Positions 10,405 through 26,075 are shown, numbered from the stretch's first letter. The stretch: 64,000 nucleotides of DNA from Pseudomonadota bacterium (GCA_040757065.1 JBFLXR010000014.1:1432-65431); one strand, 5' to 3'. Notes: generated by a model from the sequence alone, not told the origin. Numbers and translations: made by a program.

Positions 10405-10507
10405 AGTCAGTAGATGCAACTGTCGGCTGACGTCTCAGGATTGTCCGGGTTATACTAGCGCGCCGAAGTGGGCCGAATTCAGCATATAATCAGGATAAAT
10501 TTCGAGA

Positions 10508-11107
10508 ATGAGCGACAGGGAGGTCGATCAGCAGTTGGTTGAGCGCGCGCAGCGAGGCGACAAGCATGCGTTCGAGCTTCTGATTGCCAAGTACCAGCGC
10601 AGGCTGGCGCGGTTGATCTCGCGCTTCGTTCGCGACCCGGGCGAGGTTGAGGATGTTACGCAGGAGGCCTTTATTAAGGCTTACCGTGCGTTGCCGGCCT
10701 TCAGGGGAGAAAGTGCGTTCTACACTTGGTTGTATCGCATCGGGATCAATACTGCCAAGAATTATTTGCTTTCGCTCGGGCGGCGAGCGCCGACCAGTAC
10801 GCTGTTCGATGCCGACGAGTCGGAAGACTTCGAAGAAGCGGACTTGCTGCATGAAGTCAGTACGCCCGAGAATGAATTGATGAGCAAGCAGGTGGTGGAG
10901 GTGGTGAACTCTTCCCTGCAACAGTTGCCTGACGATTTGCGCACCGCGCTGACGCTGCGCGAGATTGAAGGGCTGAGTTATGAGGAGATCGCGGCGGTCA
11001 TGAATTGCCCGATCGGAACGGTGCGTTCCAGAATTTTCCGTGCGCGCGAAGCGATTGCGGAAAATCTGCGCCCGCTGTTGGGTACAAATAAAGACCAAAG
11101 GTGGTAA
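10508..11107 (+). CDS. rpoE: RNA polymerase sigma-E (RpoE/AlgU) ECF sigma factor
   Basis: 199 aa. DQQLVERAQRGDKHAFELLIAKYQRRLARLISRFVRDPGEVEDVTQEAFIKAYRAL, YTWLYRIGINTAKN, region 4 SYEEIAAVMNCPIGTVRSRIFRAREAI. Confidence 0.95.
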   Translation: MSDREVDQQLVERAQRGDKHAFELLIAKYQRRLARLISRFVRDPGEVEDVTQEAFIKAYRALPAFRGESAFYTWLYRIGINTAKNYLLSLGRRAPTSTLFDADESEDFEEADLLHEVSTPENELMSKQVVEVVNSSLQQLPDDLRTALTLREIEGLSYEEIAAVMNCPIGTVRSRIFRAREAIAENLRPLLGTNKDQRW

Positions 11108-11109
11108 GC

Positions 11110-11607
11110 ATGAAACAGCAGATTTCAACCTTGATGGATGGCGAATTGTTTGACGATGAGGCAGAAGCCTTGCTCGGTCAGATGAAAAAAGAAGGCGAGG
11201 TCTGCGAGGCATGGCTGACTTACCATTTGATTAGCGATGCGATGCGCCAGCCCGATCATCTGCATGCGGACATCAGCAGCAAGCTGCGCGAGCGCCTGCA
11301 AGCAGAGCCGACGGTTCTTGCGCCGCATAGCTGGCGCAACCAGAAAACGCGCTGGTTCGCGCTGTCTGCTGCGGCTTCCGTGCTGGCGGTCGGCGTGGTT
11401 GCATGGCTATCGGTGCAGGTCGGGCCGGAACCTGCCGCCCAGATGGCTTCGAATCAACAGCAGCAACCCTCCGCAGTGCGTCCCGCCAGTTTTTCTCCGA
11501 ATCAAAATAACGATGTGAACGATTACCTGATGGCGCATCAGGAGTTTTCTCCGAGTGCCGATGTGCAGGGAGCCGCATCCTATATTCATACAGTAGCAGG
11601 TCGATAG
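11110..11607 (+). CDS. rseA: Anti-sigma-E factor (RseA/MucA family)
   Basis: ATG at 11110 inside ORF 11101..11607. MKQQISTLMDGEL...W.TYHLISDAMR N-terminal anti-sigma motif, central TM helix WFALSAAASVLAVGVVAWL. Sits directly after rpoE. Confidence 0.85.
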   Translation: MKQQISTLMDGELFDDEAEALLGQMKKEGEVCEAWLTYHLISDAMRQPDHLHADISSKLRERLQAEPTVLAPHSWRNQKTRWFALSAAASVLAVGVVAWLSVQVGPEPAAQMASNQQQQPSAVRPASFSPNQNNDVNDYLMAHQEFSPSADVQGAASYIHTVAGR

Positions 11608-12599
11608 TGCAGACGAGTTTCGGTTTGTCCCGCCCTTTATGGGCCGCGTTTCTGTGGGCGGTTGCGCAAACCGCTTGCGCAGACCCGTTGCCGCAGGACG
11701 AGCTGAGCTGGCTGAAAACCATTGCTTATGCGGCGCATCGCACGGACTACAGCGGGACGTTCGTCTATCAGTACGGCAGCCATGTCGAGGCTTCGCGCAT
11801 TACGCATATCTCGGATAAAGACGGCGAACACGAGCGGTTGGAAAGCCTGGACGGTACCCGCCGCGAAATTATCCGCAACAACTATCAAGTCTGGATTTAT
11901 CAGGGTGACGACCGGAAGCCGAAATTCGGCCCGCGCTTGGGCGGCAAGACATTTCCCGCGCTGCTACCGGAACAGCTGTCGGTGCTGGGGGCGAATTATG
12001 TGATGACGCAGTCCGAGGAAGGTCGCGTGGCGGGTTTTCATGTTCACACAATCACCTTTCAGCCGAAGGATAATTTGCGCTACACCCGGAAAATGTGGGC
12101 GCACAACGATTCCGGTTTGTTGCTCAAGAGCGCGGTGATTGATGACCGCGGTCACATGGTGGAGCAATATACCTTTACTGAGCTGACGATCGGCGATGCA
12201 GTGGAGCGTAGATGGCTGGAATCCTTGAAAAATATTCCAGACAATTACCGTCAGATACCGGCGGCTCCTAAGGCTGGCAGTGCACCGTTGCAGGCGACGG
12301 GATGGAAAGTCGATGCGCTTCCGGCGGGGTTTAAGAGAATCGTCGAAACGAACCGCCAGCTCAGGGGGCATAACAGTCGAGCCGTTCATATGGTGTTTAC
12401 CGACGGGTTGGCGGCAATCTCCATTTTTATAGAATCTGCGCAAGACCGTTCCGATGTGACGCCGGGATTAAGCAGCCAGGGAGCGATGCAGATTTTCAGC
12501 AAAATCACCAATGACGGCAGGCTGATTACGGTGGTCGGCGATGTGCCGCCTCAGACGGCTATGCAGGTTGCCGATTCGGTTCGGTACGCAGGTCGGTAG
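11607..12599 (+). CDS. rseB: Sigma-E regulatory protein RseB/MucB
   Basis: 330 aa, GTG start overlapping the rseA stop. Signal peptide, YSGTFVYQYGSHVEASRITH, typical size and position. Confidence 0.85.
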   Translation: MQTSFGLSRPLWAAFLWAVAQTACADPLPQDELSWLKTIAYAAHRTDYSGTFVYQYGSHVEASRITHISDKDGEHERLESLDGTRREIIRNNYQVWIYQGDDRKPKFGPRLGGKTFPALLPEQLSVLGANYVMTQSEEGRVAGFHVHTITFQPKDNLRYTRKMWAHNDSGLLLKSAVIDDRGHMVEQYTFTELTIGDAVERRWLESLKNIPDNYRQIPAAPKAGSAPLQATGWKVDALPAGFKRIVETNRQLRGHNSRAVHMVFTDGLAAISIFIESAQDRSDVTPGLSSQGAMQIFSKITNDGRLITVVGDVPPQTAMQVADSVRYAGR

Positions 12600-12600
12600 T

Positions 12601-13059
12601 ATGCTTGAGGCTCGGGCTGTTGTGATCTCGCTGGATGAGCAGGATGCCGTAGTCGAAGCGCAGCAAAGTGCCGGTTGCGGGCATTGCAGCAGTGCAGGCG
12701 GGTGCGGTACTGCCAAGTTGTCTAAGCTGTTTAGCAGCGGGGCGCGTCAGTTCCGGGTGCGCAACAGTATCGGTGCGAAGGTGGGCGAAACCGTAAAAAT
12801 CACGGTGGCCGATGGGGTGTTGCTGAAGAGCTCGATGCTGCTGTATGCGTTGCCCATTGCTTTGCTGCTGGTCGGCGGTGTTATCGGAACCGGTTTTTCT
12901 GCTGATGCGGCGTTGCGGGATGCCTATGCGGCAGGCGGTGCGCTGGCTGGGCTCTTGCTCGGATTTGTTGCGGCGCGCTTGTTGGCCGGGAAATTAACCG
13001 GAAACGATGGCGTGCAGCTTGTGATGTCTCGGGATATGGGGTGTCAATCCACCCGCTAG
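12601..13059 (+). CDS. rseC: RseC/MucC (SoxR-reducing system RseC family) protein
   Basis: ATG 12601 inside ORF 12541..13059. MLEARAVVISLDEQDAVVEAQQSAGCGHCSSAGGCGT with the Cys cluster, then two TM helices. Confidence 0.8.
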   Translation: MLEARAVVISLDEQDAVVEAQQSAGCGHCSSAGGCGTAKLSKLFSSGARQFRVRNSIGAKVGETVKITVADGVLLKSSMLLYALPIALLLVGGVIGTGFSADAALRDAYAAGGALAGLLLGFVAARLLAGKLTGNDGVQLVMSRDMGCQSTR

Positions 13060-13078
13060 ATTATTCGATGAGGGAAGA

Positions 13079-14455
13079 ATGCTGAGAAGTCTGTTTGCGG
13101 CTTTAAGTTTTTGTCTGTTCATCCAAAGCGTTTCTGCAAAAGAGCTCCCCGATTTTACCGATCTGGTCGAAAAACAAGGGGCGGCGGTCGTCAATGTTAG
13201 TACCACGCAGATTGTCCGCAACAACGGGATGCCGAACATCCCGGAAAACGATCCTTACTTTGAATTTTTCCGTCGTTTCTATCCGCCCGTGCCGCGCGAA
13301 CAGGAAACGCAGTCTCTCGGCTCCGGTTTTATCATCAGCGCGGACGGCTACATACTGACCAACGCCCATGTGGTTAACCATGCCGATAAGGTAACGGTAC
13401 GTTTGGGCGATAAACGTGAATTCAAAGCCAAGCTGATCGGTGCCGATAAGCGCACCGATGTTGCGTTGCTCAAGATCGAGGCGAGCGGTCTGCCTGTGGT
13501 AGCAGTAGGCGATCCTGCGCAACTGAAGGTCGGCGAATGGGTGCTGGCCATCGGCTCGCCCTTCGGGTTCGACAGCAGTGTGACGGCGGGTATCGTCAGT
13601 GCCAAGGGGCGCTCACTGCCGCAAGAGAATTATGTGCCGTTCATCCAGACCGACGTGGCGATTAATCCCGGTAACTCAGGCGGCCCGTTGTTCAATATGA
13701 AGGGCGAGGTGGTTGGCATCAATTCCCAGATTTACAGCCGTTCCGGCGGTTACATGGGGCTGTCGTTTGCGATCCCGATCGATGTGGCGATGGAGGTGGC
13801 GAAGCAGTTGAAGGCCTCGGGCAAGGTGACCCGCGGACGTATCGGTGTCACGATTCAGGAGGTGACCCGCGAAGTGGCCGAATCCTTCGGGCTGCGCAAA
13901 GCTACTGGCGGCCTGGTCAGTAGCGTGGAAAAAGGCGGACCGGCCGATAAGGGCGGAATCAAGCTCGGCGATATTGTGCTGCAGTTCAATGGCAAGGCGA
14001 TCGGTAACTCGAACGAGCTGCCGCGTCTGGTAGCCGCGGTCAAGCCGGGTAGCAAGGCAATGCTGCAAGTTTGGCGTAAAGGCGAAACGCGCGAGTTGGC
14101 AGTCGAAGTCGGCGAAATGCCGGACGATAATCAGGTTGCGCAGCGCGGCGGCGAAAATGCGCCGACCCTGCTGCAGGCAGTGCCGCGTTTGGGGATTGCT
14201 GCTAGCGAATTAACTGCCGAGCAGCGTCGCGAATTGCAGGTAAACGGCGGTTTGCTGGTGGAAGAGGCCAAAGGGAGTGGTGTGCGAGATCTGCGTCGCG
14301 GCGATGTGATTTTGGCGGTCGGCACGGTGGAGGCGCATAGTGTGGCTGAGTTGAATGAGATTCTGAAACCCCTGCCGAAAGGGCGCAATGTCGCATTGCT
14401 GTTGCGTCGCGGCGGTACGATTTCCTATCTGGCCGTGCAACTCGATCAAAAATAA
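13079..14455 (+). CDS. Periplasmic serine endoprotease, DegP/DegQ/MucD family (trypsin domain + 2 PDZ)
   Basis: 458 aa. Signal peptide, GSGFIISADGYILTNAHVV, DVALLKI, GNSGGPLFN catalytic triad motifs, two PDZ-like segments. Position matches mucD in algU-mucABCD operons. Confidence 0.93.
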   Translation: MLRSLFAALSFCLFIQSVSAKELPDFTDLVEKQGAAVVNVSTTQIVRNNGMPNIPENDPYFEFFRRFYPPVPREQETQSLGSGFIISADGYILTNAHVVNHADKVTVRLGDKREFKAKLIGADKRTDVALLKIEASGLPVVAVGDPAQLKVGEWVLAIGSPFGFDSSVTAGIVSAKGRSLPQENYVPFIQTDVAINPGNSGGPLFNMKGEVVGINSQIYSRSGGYMGLSFAIPIDVAMEVAKQLKASGKVTRGRIGVTIQEVTREVAESFGLRKATGGLVSSVEKGGPADKGGIKLGDIVLQFNGKAIGNSNELPRLVAAVKPGSKAMLQVWRKGETRELAVEVGEMPDDNQVAQRGGENAPTLLQAVPRLGIAASELTAEQRRELQVNGGLLVEEAKGSGVRDLRRGDVILAVGTVEAHSVAELNEILKPLPKGRNVALLLRRGGTISYLAVQLDQK

Positions 14456-14563
14456 GTTTATCCCGGCCCGAACGGGCAGCAAGCCGGTGCAAAATCGGCT
14501 AAAATCCGCGCTTTGCAGAAGCCCCGCCACGGTTGGTGGGGCGTACTTTACCGACTAAATTCC

Positions 14564-16357
14564 ATGCAACGCATCCGCAATTTTTCGATTATCGCCCATA
14601 TCGACCACGGCAAATCCACGCTGGCCGACCGGATTATTCAACTGTGCGGCGGCTTGTCCGACCGCGAGATGGAAGCGCAAGTGCTCGACTCGATGGATCT
14701 GGAGCGCGAGCGCGGTATTACCATCAAGGCGCAAACCGCAGCGCTGAGCTACAAGGCGCGCGACGGACAGATTTACAACCTGAATCTGATCGATACGCCG
14801 GGGCACGTCGACTTTTCCTACGAGGTTTCCCGTTCGCTGTCCGCTTGCGAGGGGGCGCTGCTGGTGGTGGATGCCTCGCAGGGGGTGGAAGCACAGACCG
14901 TGGCGAACTGCTATACCGCTATCGATCTCGGCGTGGAAGTGGTGCCGGTGTTGAATAAGATCGATCTGCCTTCGGCCAACCCGGAAAACGCGATTCAGGA
15001 AATCGAAGATGTGATCGGCATCGATGCACAGGATGCGGTACGTTGCTCTGCGAAAACTGGTGAAGGTGTGGCGGACGTGCTGGAGGCGTTGATCGCCAAG
15101 GTGCCGCCGCCCAAGGGCGATCCGGATGCGCCGCTGCAAGCGCTGATTATCGACTCGTGGTTCGATAACTACGTCGGCGTGGTAATGCTGGTGCGCATCG
15201 TGAACGGGAAGCTGAAGCCCAAGGATAAAATTTTGCTGATGGCGACCGGCGCGCAGTATCTGACCGAACACATCGGTGTTTTTACTCCGAAATCGCAACC
15301 GCGCGAAACACTGACCGCCGGGCAGGTGGGTTTCGTGATCGCCGGGATTAAAGAGCTCAAGGCTGCCAAGGTGGGCGATACCATTACGCTGGCGGGCAAA
15401 CAGGCCGCCGTGCCGTTGCCGGGCTTTAAGGAAGTGCAGCCGCAGGTGTTTGCCGGGCTGTTCCCGGTCGAAGCCAATCAATACGAAGCCTTGCGCGATT
15501 CGCTGGAAAAGCTGAAGCTGAACGATGCGGCGCTGCAATTCGAGCCGGAAGTTTCGCAGGCGCTGGGCTTCGGCTTCCGCTGCGGTTTCCTCGGTTTGCT
15601 GCACATGGAAATCGTGCAGGAGCGGCTGGAGCGCGAGTTCGACATGGACTTGATCACCACTGCGCCGACGGTGGTGTATGAGGTGGTATTGCGCGACGGT
15701 ACAGTGATTCAGGTGGATAACCCGGCCAAAATGCCGGACCCCTCTAAGATTCAGGAGATTCGCGAGCCGATCGTGAACGTGAATCTGTATATGCCGCAAG
15801 AATATGTCGGTTCGGTGATTACCTTGTGTACGCAAAAGCGCGGCGTACAGGTCAATATGACTTACCACGGCAAGCAAGTGTTGCTGGAGTACGAAATTCC
15901 GATGGCCGAAATCGTGTTGGATTTCTTCGACAAGCTGAAATCGGTGTCGCGCGGCTATGCCTCGATGGATTATGAATTCAAGGAATATCGTCCTGCCGAC
16001 GTGGTGAAGGTGGATATGCTGATTAACAGCGAAAAAGTGGATGCTTTGTCCATTATTGTCCATCGGGCCAACAGCCAGTACCGCGGGCGCGAAGTGGCGG
16101 CCAAGATGCGCGAGATTATTCCGCGTCAAATGTTCGACGTGGCGATTCAGGCAGCGATCGGTTCCAATATTATCGCCCGCGAAAACGTTAAGGCTTTGCG
16201 CAAGAACGTGTTGGCCAAGTGCTATGGCGGCGATATTTCGCGCAAGAAAAAGCTGTTGGAGAAGCAGAAGGCCGGTAAGCGCCGCATGAAGCAGGTCGGC
16301 AGCGTGGAAATTCCGCAGGAGGCATTCCTCGCCATTCTGCAAGTCGAAGACAAGTAA
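14564..16357 (+). CDS. lepA: Translation elongation factor 4
   Basis: ATG 14564 (M18 of ORF 14513..16357). [33 protein letters not shown]; about 597 aa. Confidence 0.96.
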   Translation: MQRIRNFSIIAHIDHGKSTLADRIIQLCGGLSDREMEAQVLDSMDLERERGITIKAQTAALSYKARDGQIYNLNLIDTPGHVDFSYEVSRSLSACEGALLVVDASQGVEAQTVANCYTAIDLGVEVVPVLNKIDLPSANPENAIQEIEDVIGIDAQDAVRCSAKTGEGVADVLEALIAKVPPPKGDPDAPLQALIIDSWFDNYVGVVMLVRIVNGKLKPKDKILLMATGAQYLTEHIGVFTPKSQPRETLTAGQVGFVIAGIKELKAAKVGDTITLAGKQAAVPLPGFKEVQPQVFAGLFPVEANQYEALRDSLEKLKLNDAALQFEPEVSQALGFGFRCGFLGLLHMEIVQERLEREFDMDLITTAPTVVYEVVLRDGTVIQVDNPAKMPDPSKIQEIREPIVNVNLYMPQEYVGSVITLCTQKRGVQVNMTYHGKQVLLEYEIPMAEIVLDFFDKLKSVSRGYASMDYEFKEYRPADVVKVDMLINSEKVDALSIIVHRANSQYRGREVAAKMREIIPRQMFDVAIQAAIGSNIIARENVKALRKNVLAKCYGGDISRKKKLLEKQKAGKRRMKQVGSVEIPQEAFLAILQVEDK

Positions 16358-16369
16358 ACGCGGGGCGTT

Positions 16370-17170
16370 ATGGATTTTGCATTGATATTATTTACCTTGC
16401 TGGTTGTGACGGGCGCGATTGCGCTGCTCGATAAACTGGTGTTGAACGCTAAGCGTCCCGCCGGCGAAAAGCAGTCTTGGTGGGTCGAATATGCGCGCAG
16501 CTTTTTTCCGGTGATTCTGATCGTGTTCGCGCTGCGCTCGTTCTTGGTCGAGCCGTTTAAGATACCTTCAGGTTCGATGATTCCTACCTTGCAAGTCGGC
16601 GATTTTATTCTGGTTAACAAATTCACCTATGGCATTCGTCTGCCGATTGTGAACAAGAAAATCGTGCAGCTGAACGATCCGCAACGCGGCGATGTGATGG
16701 TATTCCATTACCCGGAGAATCCGTCTGTCGATTACATCAAGCGCGTGGTCGGCACGCCGGGCGATACCGTGGTGTACCGCAATAAGCAGCTTTGGGTGAA
16801 CGATGTCCTGCAAGAGCAGGCTGCGGACGGCGATTACAATTATGTGGACGGCATGCGCTTTTTCTACACCAAGAAAAGCATGGAAACGCTGAACGGACGT
16901 GCGCATGCCATGCTGGTCGATCCGGCGATGCCGAATCTGCATTTGGACAGCGTGGCGGATTTTCCCCAGAGCGAGAATTGCAGTTATACCGCAGACGAGG
17001 TACGCTGCAAGGTGCCGGCCGGACATTACTTCATGATGGGCGACAATCGCGACAATAGCCGCGACAGCCGCTACTGGGGATTTGTGCCGGATAACATGAT
17101 TGTGGGCAAGGCGTTCTTGATCTGGATGAACTTCGGCGATTTCAAGCGCATCGGTTCTTCCATTCGCTGA
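16370..17170 (+). CDS. lepB: Signal peptidase I
   Basis: 266 aa. IPSGSMIPTL catalytic Ser box, YIKRVVGTPGD, GDNRDNSRDSRYWGFVP. Confidence 0.95.
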   Translation: MDFALILFTLLVVTGAIALLDKLVLNAKRPAGEKQSWWVEYARSFFPVILIVFALRSFLVEPFKIPSGSMIPTLQVGDFILVNKFTYGIRLPIVNKKIVQLNDPQRGDVMVFHYPENPSVDYIKRVVGTPGDTVVYRNKQLWVNDVLQEQAADGDYNYVDGMRFFYTKKSMETLNGRAHAMLVDPAMPNLHLDSVADFPQSENCSYTADEVRCKVPAGHYFMMGDNRDNSRDSRYWGFVPDNMIVGKAFLIWMNFGDFKRIGSSIR

Positions 17171-17183
17171 GAGAGGTGAAGAG

Positions 17184-17555
17184 ATGGGGCTGGCTGCATA
17201 CCGCAAACAAAACGGATTTTCATTATCCGGGTTGCTGAGTTGGGCGATCCTTGTGGTCGCCGTCGCTTTGTTCGGTTTGAAACTGGCGCCGCCGTACATC
17301 ACCAATTACCAGATTAAACAAGCATTCAACAGCATGGTGCGCGATAGCGAGTTGCGGAATGCCTCCGACTACGATTTGCGTATTGCATACGGTAAGCGGG
17401 CTTCGGTTTCCAATATTACCGAGATCAGGCCCGAGCAGGTGGTGGTGATCCGTAAGTCCGACGGTTTCGAGCTGAGCGCGCATTACACTGTGAAAGTGCC
17501 GCTGGCCGGAAATGCCAGTCTCTTGCTGGAATTCAACCCGGTCAGTTCGAAATAA
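17184..17555 (+). CDS. DUF4845-like small membrane-anchored protein
   Basis: 123 aa. N-terminal TM helix LLSWAILVVAVALFGLKLAPPY. Conserved slot between lepB and rnc in beta/gamma-proteobacteria. Confidence 0.7.
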   Translation: MGLAAYRKQNGFSLSGLLSWAILVVAVALFGLKLAPPYITNYQIKQAFNSMVRDSELRNASDYDLRIAYGKRASVSNITEIRPEQVVVIRKSDGFELSAHYTVKVPLAGNASLLLEFNPVSSK

Positions 17556-17560
17556 AGCCG

Positions 17561-18232
17561 ATGTCGCGGGAGGACTTGAGTCGTAAACTCGGCTATACCT
17601 TTACGCAGCCGCAACTGCTGCAACGCGCTCTGACGCATCGCAGCTACAGCGCGGCGCATTACGAGCGCTTTGAGTTTCTCGGCGATAGCGTACTGAATTG
17701 CGTCATTGCCAAGCATCTGTACGATACTTTTCCAGATTTGCCGGAAGGCGATTTGTCCCGCCTGCGTTCCAATCTGGTCAATCAGCAAACCCTTTGTACG
17801 CTGGCGCAATCGCTCGGTCTGGGCGATTTGCTGATGTTGGGCGATGGCGAACGTAAGAGTGCGGGTGCGCGCCGCCCGTCGATTCTGGCCGATGCGCTGG
17901 AGGCTATCTTCGGGGCGGTCTTTCTCGATGGCGGCTTTGAGGCGGCGCAGCGTGTGGTGTTGGGCCTGTATGTGCCGTTTTTGGCGAAGGCAGATCTGCA
18001 AACGTTGGGTAAGGATGCGAAAACTTTGCTGCAAGAGAACTTGCAGGCTCGTAAGCTGGCGTTGCCGAAATACAGTGTACTGACTATTAAGGGCGAAGCA
18101 CATGCCCAGACGTTTCAGGTGGAATGCCGGATCGACGCCTTGCAGATCGTGACGCAAGGCGAAGGTGCGAGCCGCCGCAGCGCCGAACAGGCTGCGGCCG
18201 AAACGGCATACCGCCAATTACAACAGGCTTAA
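17561..18232 (+). CDS. rnc: Ribonuclease III
   Basis: 223 aa. [20 protein letters not shown] signature, C-terminal dsRBD. Confidence 0.96.
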   Translation: MSREDLSRKLGYTFTQPQLLQRALTHRSYSAAHYERFEFLGDSVLNCVIAKHLYDTFPDLPEGDLSRLRSNLVNQQTLCTLAQSLGLGDLLMLGDGERKSAGARRPSILADALEAIFGAVFLDGGFEAAQRVVLGLYVPFLAKADLQTLGKDAKTLLQENLQARKLALPKYSVLTIKGEAHAQTFQVECRIDALQIVTQGEGASRRSAEQAAAETAYRQLQQA

Positions 18233-18233
18233 T

Positions 18234-19130
18234 ATGAACCAAACACCAGATTCTTTCCGTAGCGGTTTTGTCGCGATTGTCGGTCGGCCGAATGTCGGCA
18301 AATCGACTCTGCTCAATCATCTGATCGGGCAAAAGATCAGCATCACCTCGCGTAAGGCGCAAACGACCCGCCACCGCATTACCGGGATTCTGACAGACGA
18401 ACGCAGCCAATTCGTGTTCGTCGATACGCCGGGCTTCCAGACGCAGCACATGAATGCGCTGAACCGCGGGATGAATCGCGTGGTGAGCAGCACCTTGCGC
18501 GACGTGAACGTGATTCTGTTCGTGATCGAAGCGTTGCACTTCGATGGTCGTGACCGCCAGGTCATGGAAATGTTGCCGAAGAATGTGCCGGTGCTGCTGG
18601 TCGTCAATAAGGCCGACATGCTGAGCGATAAAGGCGCGATGCTGCCGTTCATCGAAAAAATTTCTAAAGAATTTGAATTTGCCGGAATCGTGCCGGTCAG
18701 CGCGCGGCAGAACAAACAGCTGGATACGCTGGTCGAGGCGATACGTAACCTTTTGCCGGAAGGTGAGCTGATTTACGCGGAAGACGAGATTACAGACCGT
18801 AACGAACGCTTTCTGGCGGCGGAGTTGCTGCGCGAAAAAATCTTCCGCTTTACCGGCGAAGAATTGCCGTATTCGGTCAGCGTGGTCATCGAACAGTTCA
18901 AGATCGAAGGCAATTTGCGCCGTATTCATGCCGCCGTGCTGGTCGATAAAGATGCGCACAAGGCGATGCTGATCGGCAAGGGCGGGGAAAAGTTGAAAGA
19001 AATTTCCACGCAGGCGCGTCAGGATATGGAAAAGCTGTTCGACGGCAAGGTGTATCTCGAGGTGTGGGTCAAGGTGCGCAGCGGCTGGGCCGACGACGAG
19101 CGCGTCCTGAAATCCCTCGGTTACGAATAA
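18234..19130 (+). CDS. era: GTPase Era
   Basis: ATG 18234 (M24 of ORF 18165..19130). [28 protein letters not shown] domain. Confidence 0.96.
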   Translation: MNQTPDSFRSGFVAIVGRPNVGKSTLLNHLIGQKISITSRKAQTTRHRITGILTDERSQFVFVDTPGFQTQHMNALNRGMNRVVSSTLRDVNVILFVIEALHFDGRDRQVMEMLPKNVPVLLVVNKADMLSDKGAMLPFIEKISKEFEFAGIVPVSARQNKQLDTLVEAIRNLLPEGELIYAEDEITDRNERFLAAELLREKIFRFTGEELPYSVSVVIEQFKIEGNLRRIHAAVLVDKDAHKAMLIGKGGEKLKEISTQARQDMEKLFDGKVYLEVWVKVRSGWADDERVLKSLGYE

Positions 19131-19136
19131 GGCGAA

Positions 19137-19862
19137 ATGACGCAGCAGGGCAAGCACCGGGTAGAAGATCAAGCCTTTGTGCTGCACAGCTACCCATTTC
19201 GCGAAACCAGCCTGTTGCTGGAGGTTTTTAGCCGCGAACACGGGCGGCTTGCCGTTGTGGCGCGCGGTGCGCGTCGCCCCCGTTCGGTGTTGCGCGGGGT
19301 GTTGCTGGGCTTTCAGCCGTTGCAGCTTGCCTGGTTCGGCAAAGGCGAGGTGCGCACTTTGCATGCTGCGGAGTGGCAGGGCGGTCAGCCGCATTTGCAG
19401 GGCACCGCGCTGATGTGCGGATTTTACCTGAACGAATTGTTGCTGAACTTGATGGCGCGCGACGATCCGCACGAGCAATTGTTCGATTATTACCGCCACA
19501 CTTTACAGCGTTTGGCCTTTGAAACCGATCATGCGGCGACGCTGCGCTGCTTCGAGAAACATATGCTGGAGGAACTCGGCTATGCTTTGCAGCTCGAACG
19601 CGAAGCAGTGAACGGCATGCCGGTCGAGGCGGGGCGCAATTACCGCTACGTGATCGAGCATGGCGTGCTGGCCGATGCGCCGGATCGTGCGGAGGGTTTG
19701 ACGCTGGCGGGTAAAACGTTGCAGGATATGGCTGCGGACGATTACCGCGACCCGACAACGGCGCAGCAAAGCAAGCAACTTATGCGCATGCTGGTGAACC
19801 ATTATCTGGCCGGAAAAACCCTGCATACGCGGGAATTGATTAAGGATTTGCTGAAAACATGA
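19137..19862 (+). CDS. recO: DNA repair protein RecO
   Basis: 241 aa. [35 protein letters not shown] is typical of the RecO N-terminus. Position is after era. Confidence 0.92.
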   Translation: MTQQGKHRVEDQAFVLHSYPFRETSLLLEVFSREHGRLAVVARGARRPRSVLRGVLLGFQPLQLAWFGKGEVRTLHAAEWQGGQPHLQGTALMCGFYLNELLLNLMARDDPHEQLFDYYRHTLQRLAFETDHAATLRCFEKHMLEELGYALQLEREAVNGMPVEAGRNYRYVIEHGVLADAPDRAEGLTLAGKTLQDMAADDYRDPTTAQQSKQLMRMLVNHYLAGKTLHTRELIKDLLKT

Positions 19863-20578
19863 TTAAGCTCGGATTGAACATCGACCATGTGGCGACGGTG
19901 CGGCAGGCGCGCGGGGCACGCTACCCTAATTTGGTGCGGGCTGCCCTGATTTGCGAAGAGGCGGGCGCCGATGCGATTACGCTGCATTTGCGGGAAGACC
20001 GTCGCCATATTCAGGATCGCGATGTGGAAATTTTGCGCAGCATGTTGCAAACCCGCATGAATCTGGAATGTGCCGTGACCGACGAAATGATCGGCCTCGC
20101 CCTGAAAACCAATCCGCACGATATTTGTCTGGTGCCGGAGCGCCGCGAAGAGCTGACCACCGAAGGCGGGCTGGATGTGGTACGGCATTACGACAGCGTA
20201 CGCCGCGCGACCGAGCGTTGTCTGGAAGCCGGAATCCGCGTTTCGCTGTTTATCGATGCCGACGAGCGGCAACTCGATGCGGCGCAGAAACTCGGCGCGC
20301 CGGTGGTGGAGATTCATACCGGCAAATACGCCGACGCCGACAGTGTGCCGGAACGCGAACACGAATTGGCGCGCATATGCCGAGCGGTGGCGCACGGTCA
20401 TAGCCTCGGCCTGCAAGTGAATGCCGGGCACGGCTTGCACTACCACAATGTGCAACCCATTGTGGCGATTCCGCATATTGCCGAATTGAATATCGGCCAT
20501 GCCATTATTTCCGAGGCGATTTTCATCGGATTGGAACAAGCGGTCAGACGCATGAAGGCTTTATTGTCTGCCGCATGA
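19859..20578 (+). CDS. pdxJ: Pyridoxine 5'-phosphate synthase
   Basis: 239 aa. [45 protein letters not shown]. Confidence 0.96.
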   Translation: MIKLGLNIDHVATVRQARGARYPNLVRAALICEEAGADAITLHLREDRRHIQDRDVEILRSMLQTRMNLECAVTDEMIGLALKTNPHDICLVPERREELTTEGGLDVVRHYDSVRRATERCLEAGIRVSLFIDADERQLDAAQKLGAPVVEIHTGKYADADSVPEREHELARICRAVAHGHSLGLQVNAGHGLHYHNVQPIVAIPHIAELNIGHAIISEAIFIGLEQAVRRMKALLSAA

Positions 20579-20958
20579 TTTTCGGCATCGGCACCGACAT
20601 TATTTCCTACCGGCGGGTCGGCGAGCTGTACGCCAAGTACGGCGCCCGCTTTGCTAAGCGCATTCTGAGTGAACGGGAATATGCAGAATATGCAGAGCAT
20701 GGCGACCCGACCCGCTTGCTGATGAAGCGTTTCGCCGCTAAAGAGGCGCTCTCCAAGGCGGTCGGCAGCGGCTTGCGTCACCCTGTGACGCTGCAAAATA
20801 TCAGCGTCGTGCACGACGCACTGGGTAAGCCGGGCTTTCGGTTTGCACCGGAACTGGAAGACTACCTGCGCGTGCGGGGCATCGGTCGGCATCATCTCAG
20901 CATCAGCGACGAGCGTGAGCACGCCGTCGCATTCGTCATTCTGGAAGGGGAGCATTAA
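20575..20958 (+). CDS. acpS: Holo-[acyl-carrier-protein] synthase
   Basis: 127 aa. [25 protein letters not shown]. Confidence 0.94.
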   Translation: MIFGIGTDIISYRRVGELYAKYGARFAKRILSEREYAEYAEHGDPTRLLMKRFAAKEALSKAVGSGLRHPVTLQNISVVHDALGKPGFRFAPELEDYLRVRGIGRHHLSISDEREHAVAFVILEGEH

Positions 20959-22007
20959 TGGGGATCGGTCCGGTTATGCTGGATGTGGTAGGCACGCAGC
21001 TTACCCCGGAAGATATTGAACGCTTGTGTCACCCGCTGGTCGGCGGGGTGATTTTGTTCGCCCGCAATTACGAGTCGCCGCGGCAGTTGCTGGAGCTGAC
21101 CGCAGCGATTCATGCGCTGCGTACGCCGTCTCTGTTGATTGCGGTCGATCACGAAGGCGGGCGTGTGCAGCGATTCAGGCAAGGGTTTACCCGGATTCCG
21201 CCGATGCGAGAACTCGGCAAAATCTGGGACGCGAATCCGCGCAAGGCTAGGCATCTGGCAGAGCAGGTCGGCTACGTGCTGGCTGCGGAATTGCGCGCGC
21301 ACGGTGTCGATTTCAGCTTTGCGCCGGTGCTGGATGTCGATTACGGCAGCAGTGGGGTGATCGGAGACCGGGCATTCCACTCCGATCCTCAGGCGATTGC
21401 CGAACTGGCGCATGGCGTGCAGATCGGTTTGCGCCACGGCGGGATGCCGACGGTTGGCAAGCATTTTCCGGGTCACGGATTCGTGCGTGCCGATTCGCAT
21501 TTGGAAATTCCTGTCGATGAACGCAGTTTTACCGACATCGAAATGTGCGATTTGATTCCGTTTCAGCAAATGGTGCATTTCGGTCTGACGGCGGTGATGC
21601 CCGCGCATGTGATTTATCCGAAGGTGGATAATCGACCGGCGGGGTTTTCGCCGGTTTGGCTCAAGCAGATTTTGCGCGGGCAACTCGGTTTTGAAGGCTG
21701 TATCTTCAGCGACGACCTGAGTATGGAAGGCGCAACTGTGGCGGGCGGCATCGTACAACGCGCGGAAGCGGCGCTGGCGGCCGGTTGCGATATGGTGCTG
21801 GTGTGCAACCGACCGGACTCCGCCGATGCTTTGCTGGACGGGCTGAAGTGGGAGATGCCCGCGACCAGCAAGGCGCGGCTGGCGCAAATGCGAGGTCGTC
21901 CGCATCCGCTGACTTCGGTGCAGTTGCACGAGCAGGCCGAATATCTGAAGGCATTGCACGAGATCGCCGTGATCGGCGTCAGCGAAGGCAATCTGCCGCT
22001 GGCGTAA
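20958..22007 (+). CDS. nagZ: Beta-N-acetylhexosaminidase (peptidoglycan recycling)
   Basis: 349 aa. [45 protein letters not shown]. Confidence 0.93.
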   Translation: MGIGPVMLDVVGTQLTPEDIERLCHPLVGGVILFARNYESPRQLLELTAAIHALRTPSLLIAVDHEGGRVQRFRQGFTRIPPMRELGKIWDANPRKARHLAEQVGYVLAAELRAHGVDFSFAPVLDVDYGSSGVIGDRAFHSDPQAIAELAHGVQIGLRHGGMPTVGKHFPGHGFVRADSHLEIPVDERSFTDIEMCDLIPFQQMVHFGLTAVMPAHVIYPKVDNRPAGFSPVWLKQILRGQLGFEGCIFSDDLSMEGATVAGGIVQRAEAALAAGCDMVLVCNRPDSADALLDGLKWEMPATSKARLAQMRGRPHPLTSVQLHEQAEYLKALHEIAVIGVSEGNLPLA

Positions 22008-22087
22008 TGCTGCGTGCGGCTTTGCTTTTCGTGCAACGCTTGCGATAATCCTACTCATTCGATTTAGGCTTTTCTTCGGTTTTCAAT

Positions 22088-26067
<3,980 letters not shown>

Positions 26068-26075
<8 letters not shown>

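Noticed and set aside
10485-10490. Perfect TATAAT hexamer 18 nt upstream of the rpoE ATG.
   Set aside because: There is no acceptable -35 element at a 16-18 nt spacing, and it would leave almost no leader for the ribosome-binding site. It is probably a chance match in an AT-rich stretch.
14521-14545. GCCCCGCCA-cggt-TGGTGGGGC hairpin just upstream of lepA, as a degP terminator or lepA attenuator.
   Set aside because: The stem includes a G-U pair and has no following U-tract. It lies only about 20 nt before the lepA ATG. The evidence is insufficient to call a terminator.
14555-16342. Very long antisense ORFs opposite real genes. Examples: 595 aa opposite lepA, 372 aa opposite dnaX (2244..3362), 362 aa opposite rluB (4650..5738), 302 aa opposite the cyclase (6251..7159), 318 aa opposite nadB (8594..9550), 470 aa opposite era/recO (18087..19499), 367 aa opposite nagZ (20955..22058), 428 aa opposite hpt/MTAP (26231..27517), 297+215 aa opposite the MCP, and 510 aa opposite acnA (32334..33866).
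   Set aside because: The translations are Arg/His/Gln/Ala-rich with no family motifs. Each lies exactly opposite a gene with unmistakable conserved motifs. This is the expected stop-codon-poor antisense-frame artefact in ~60% G+C DNA.
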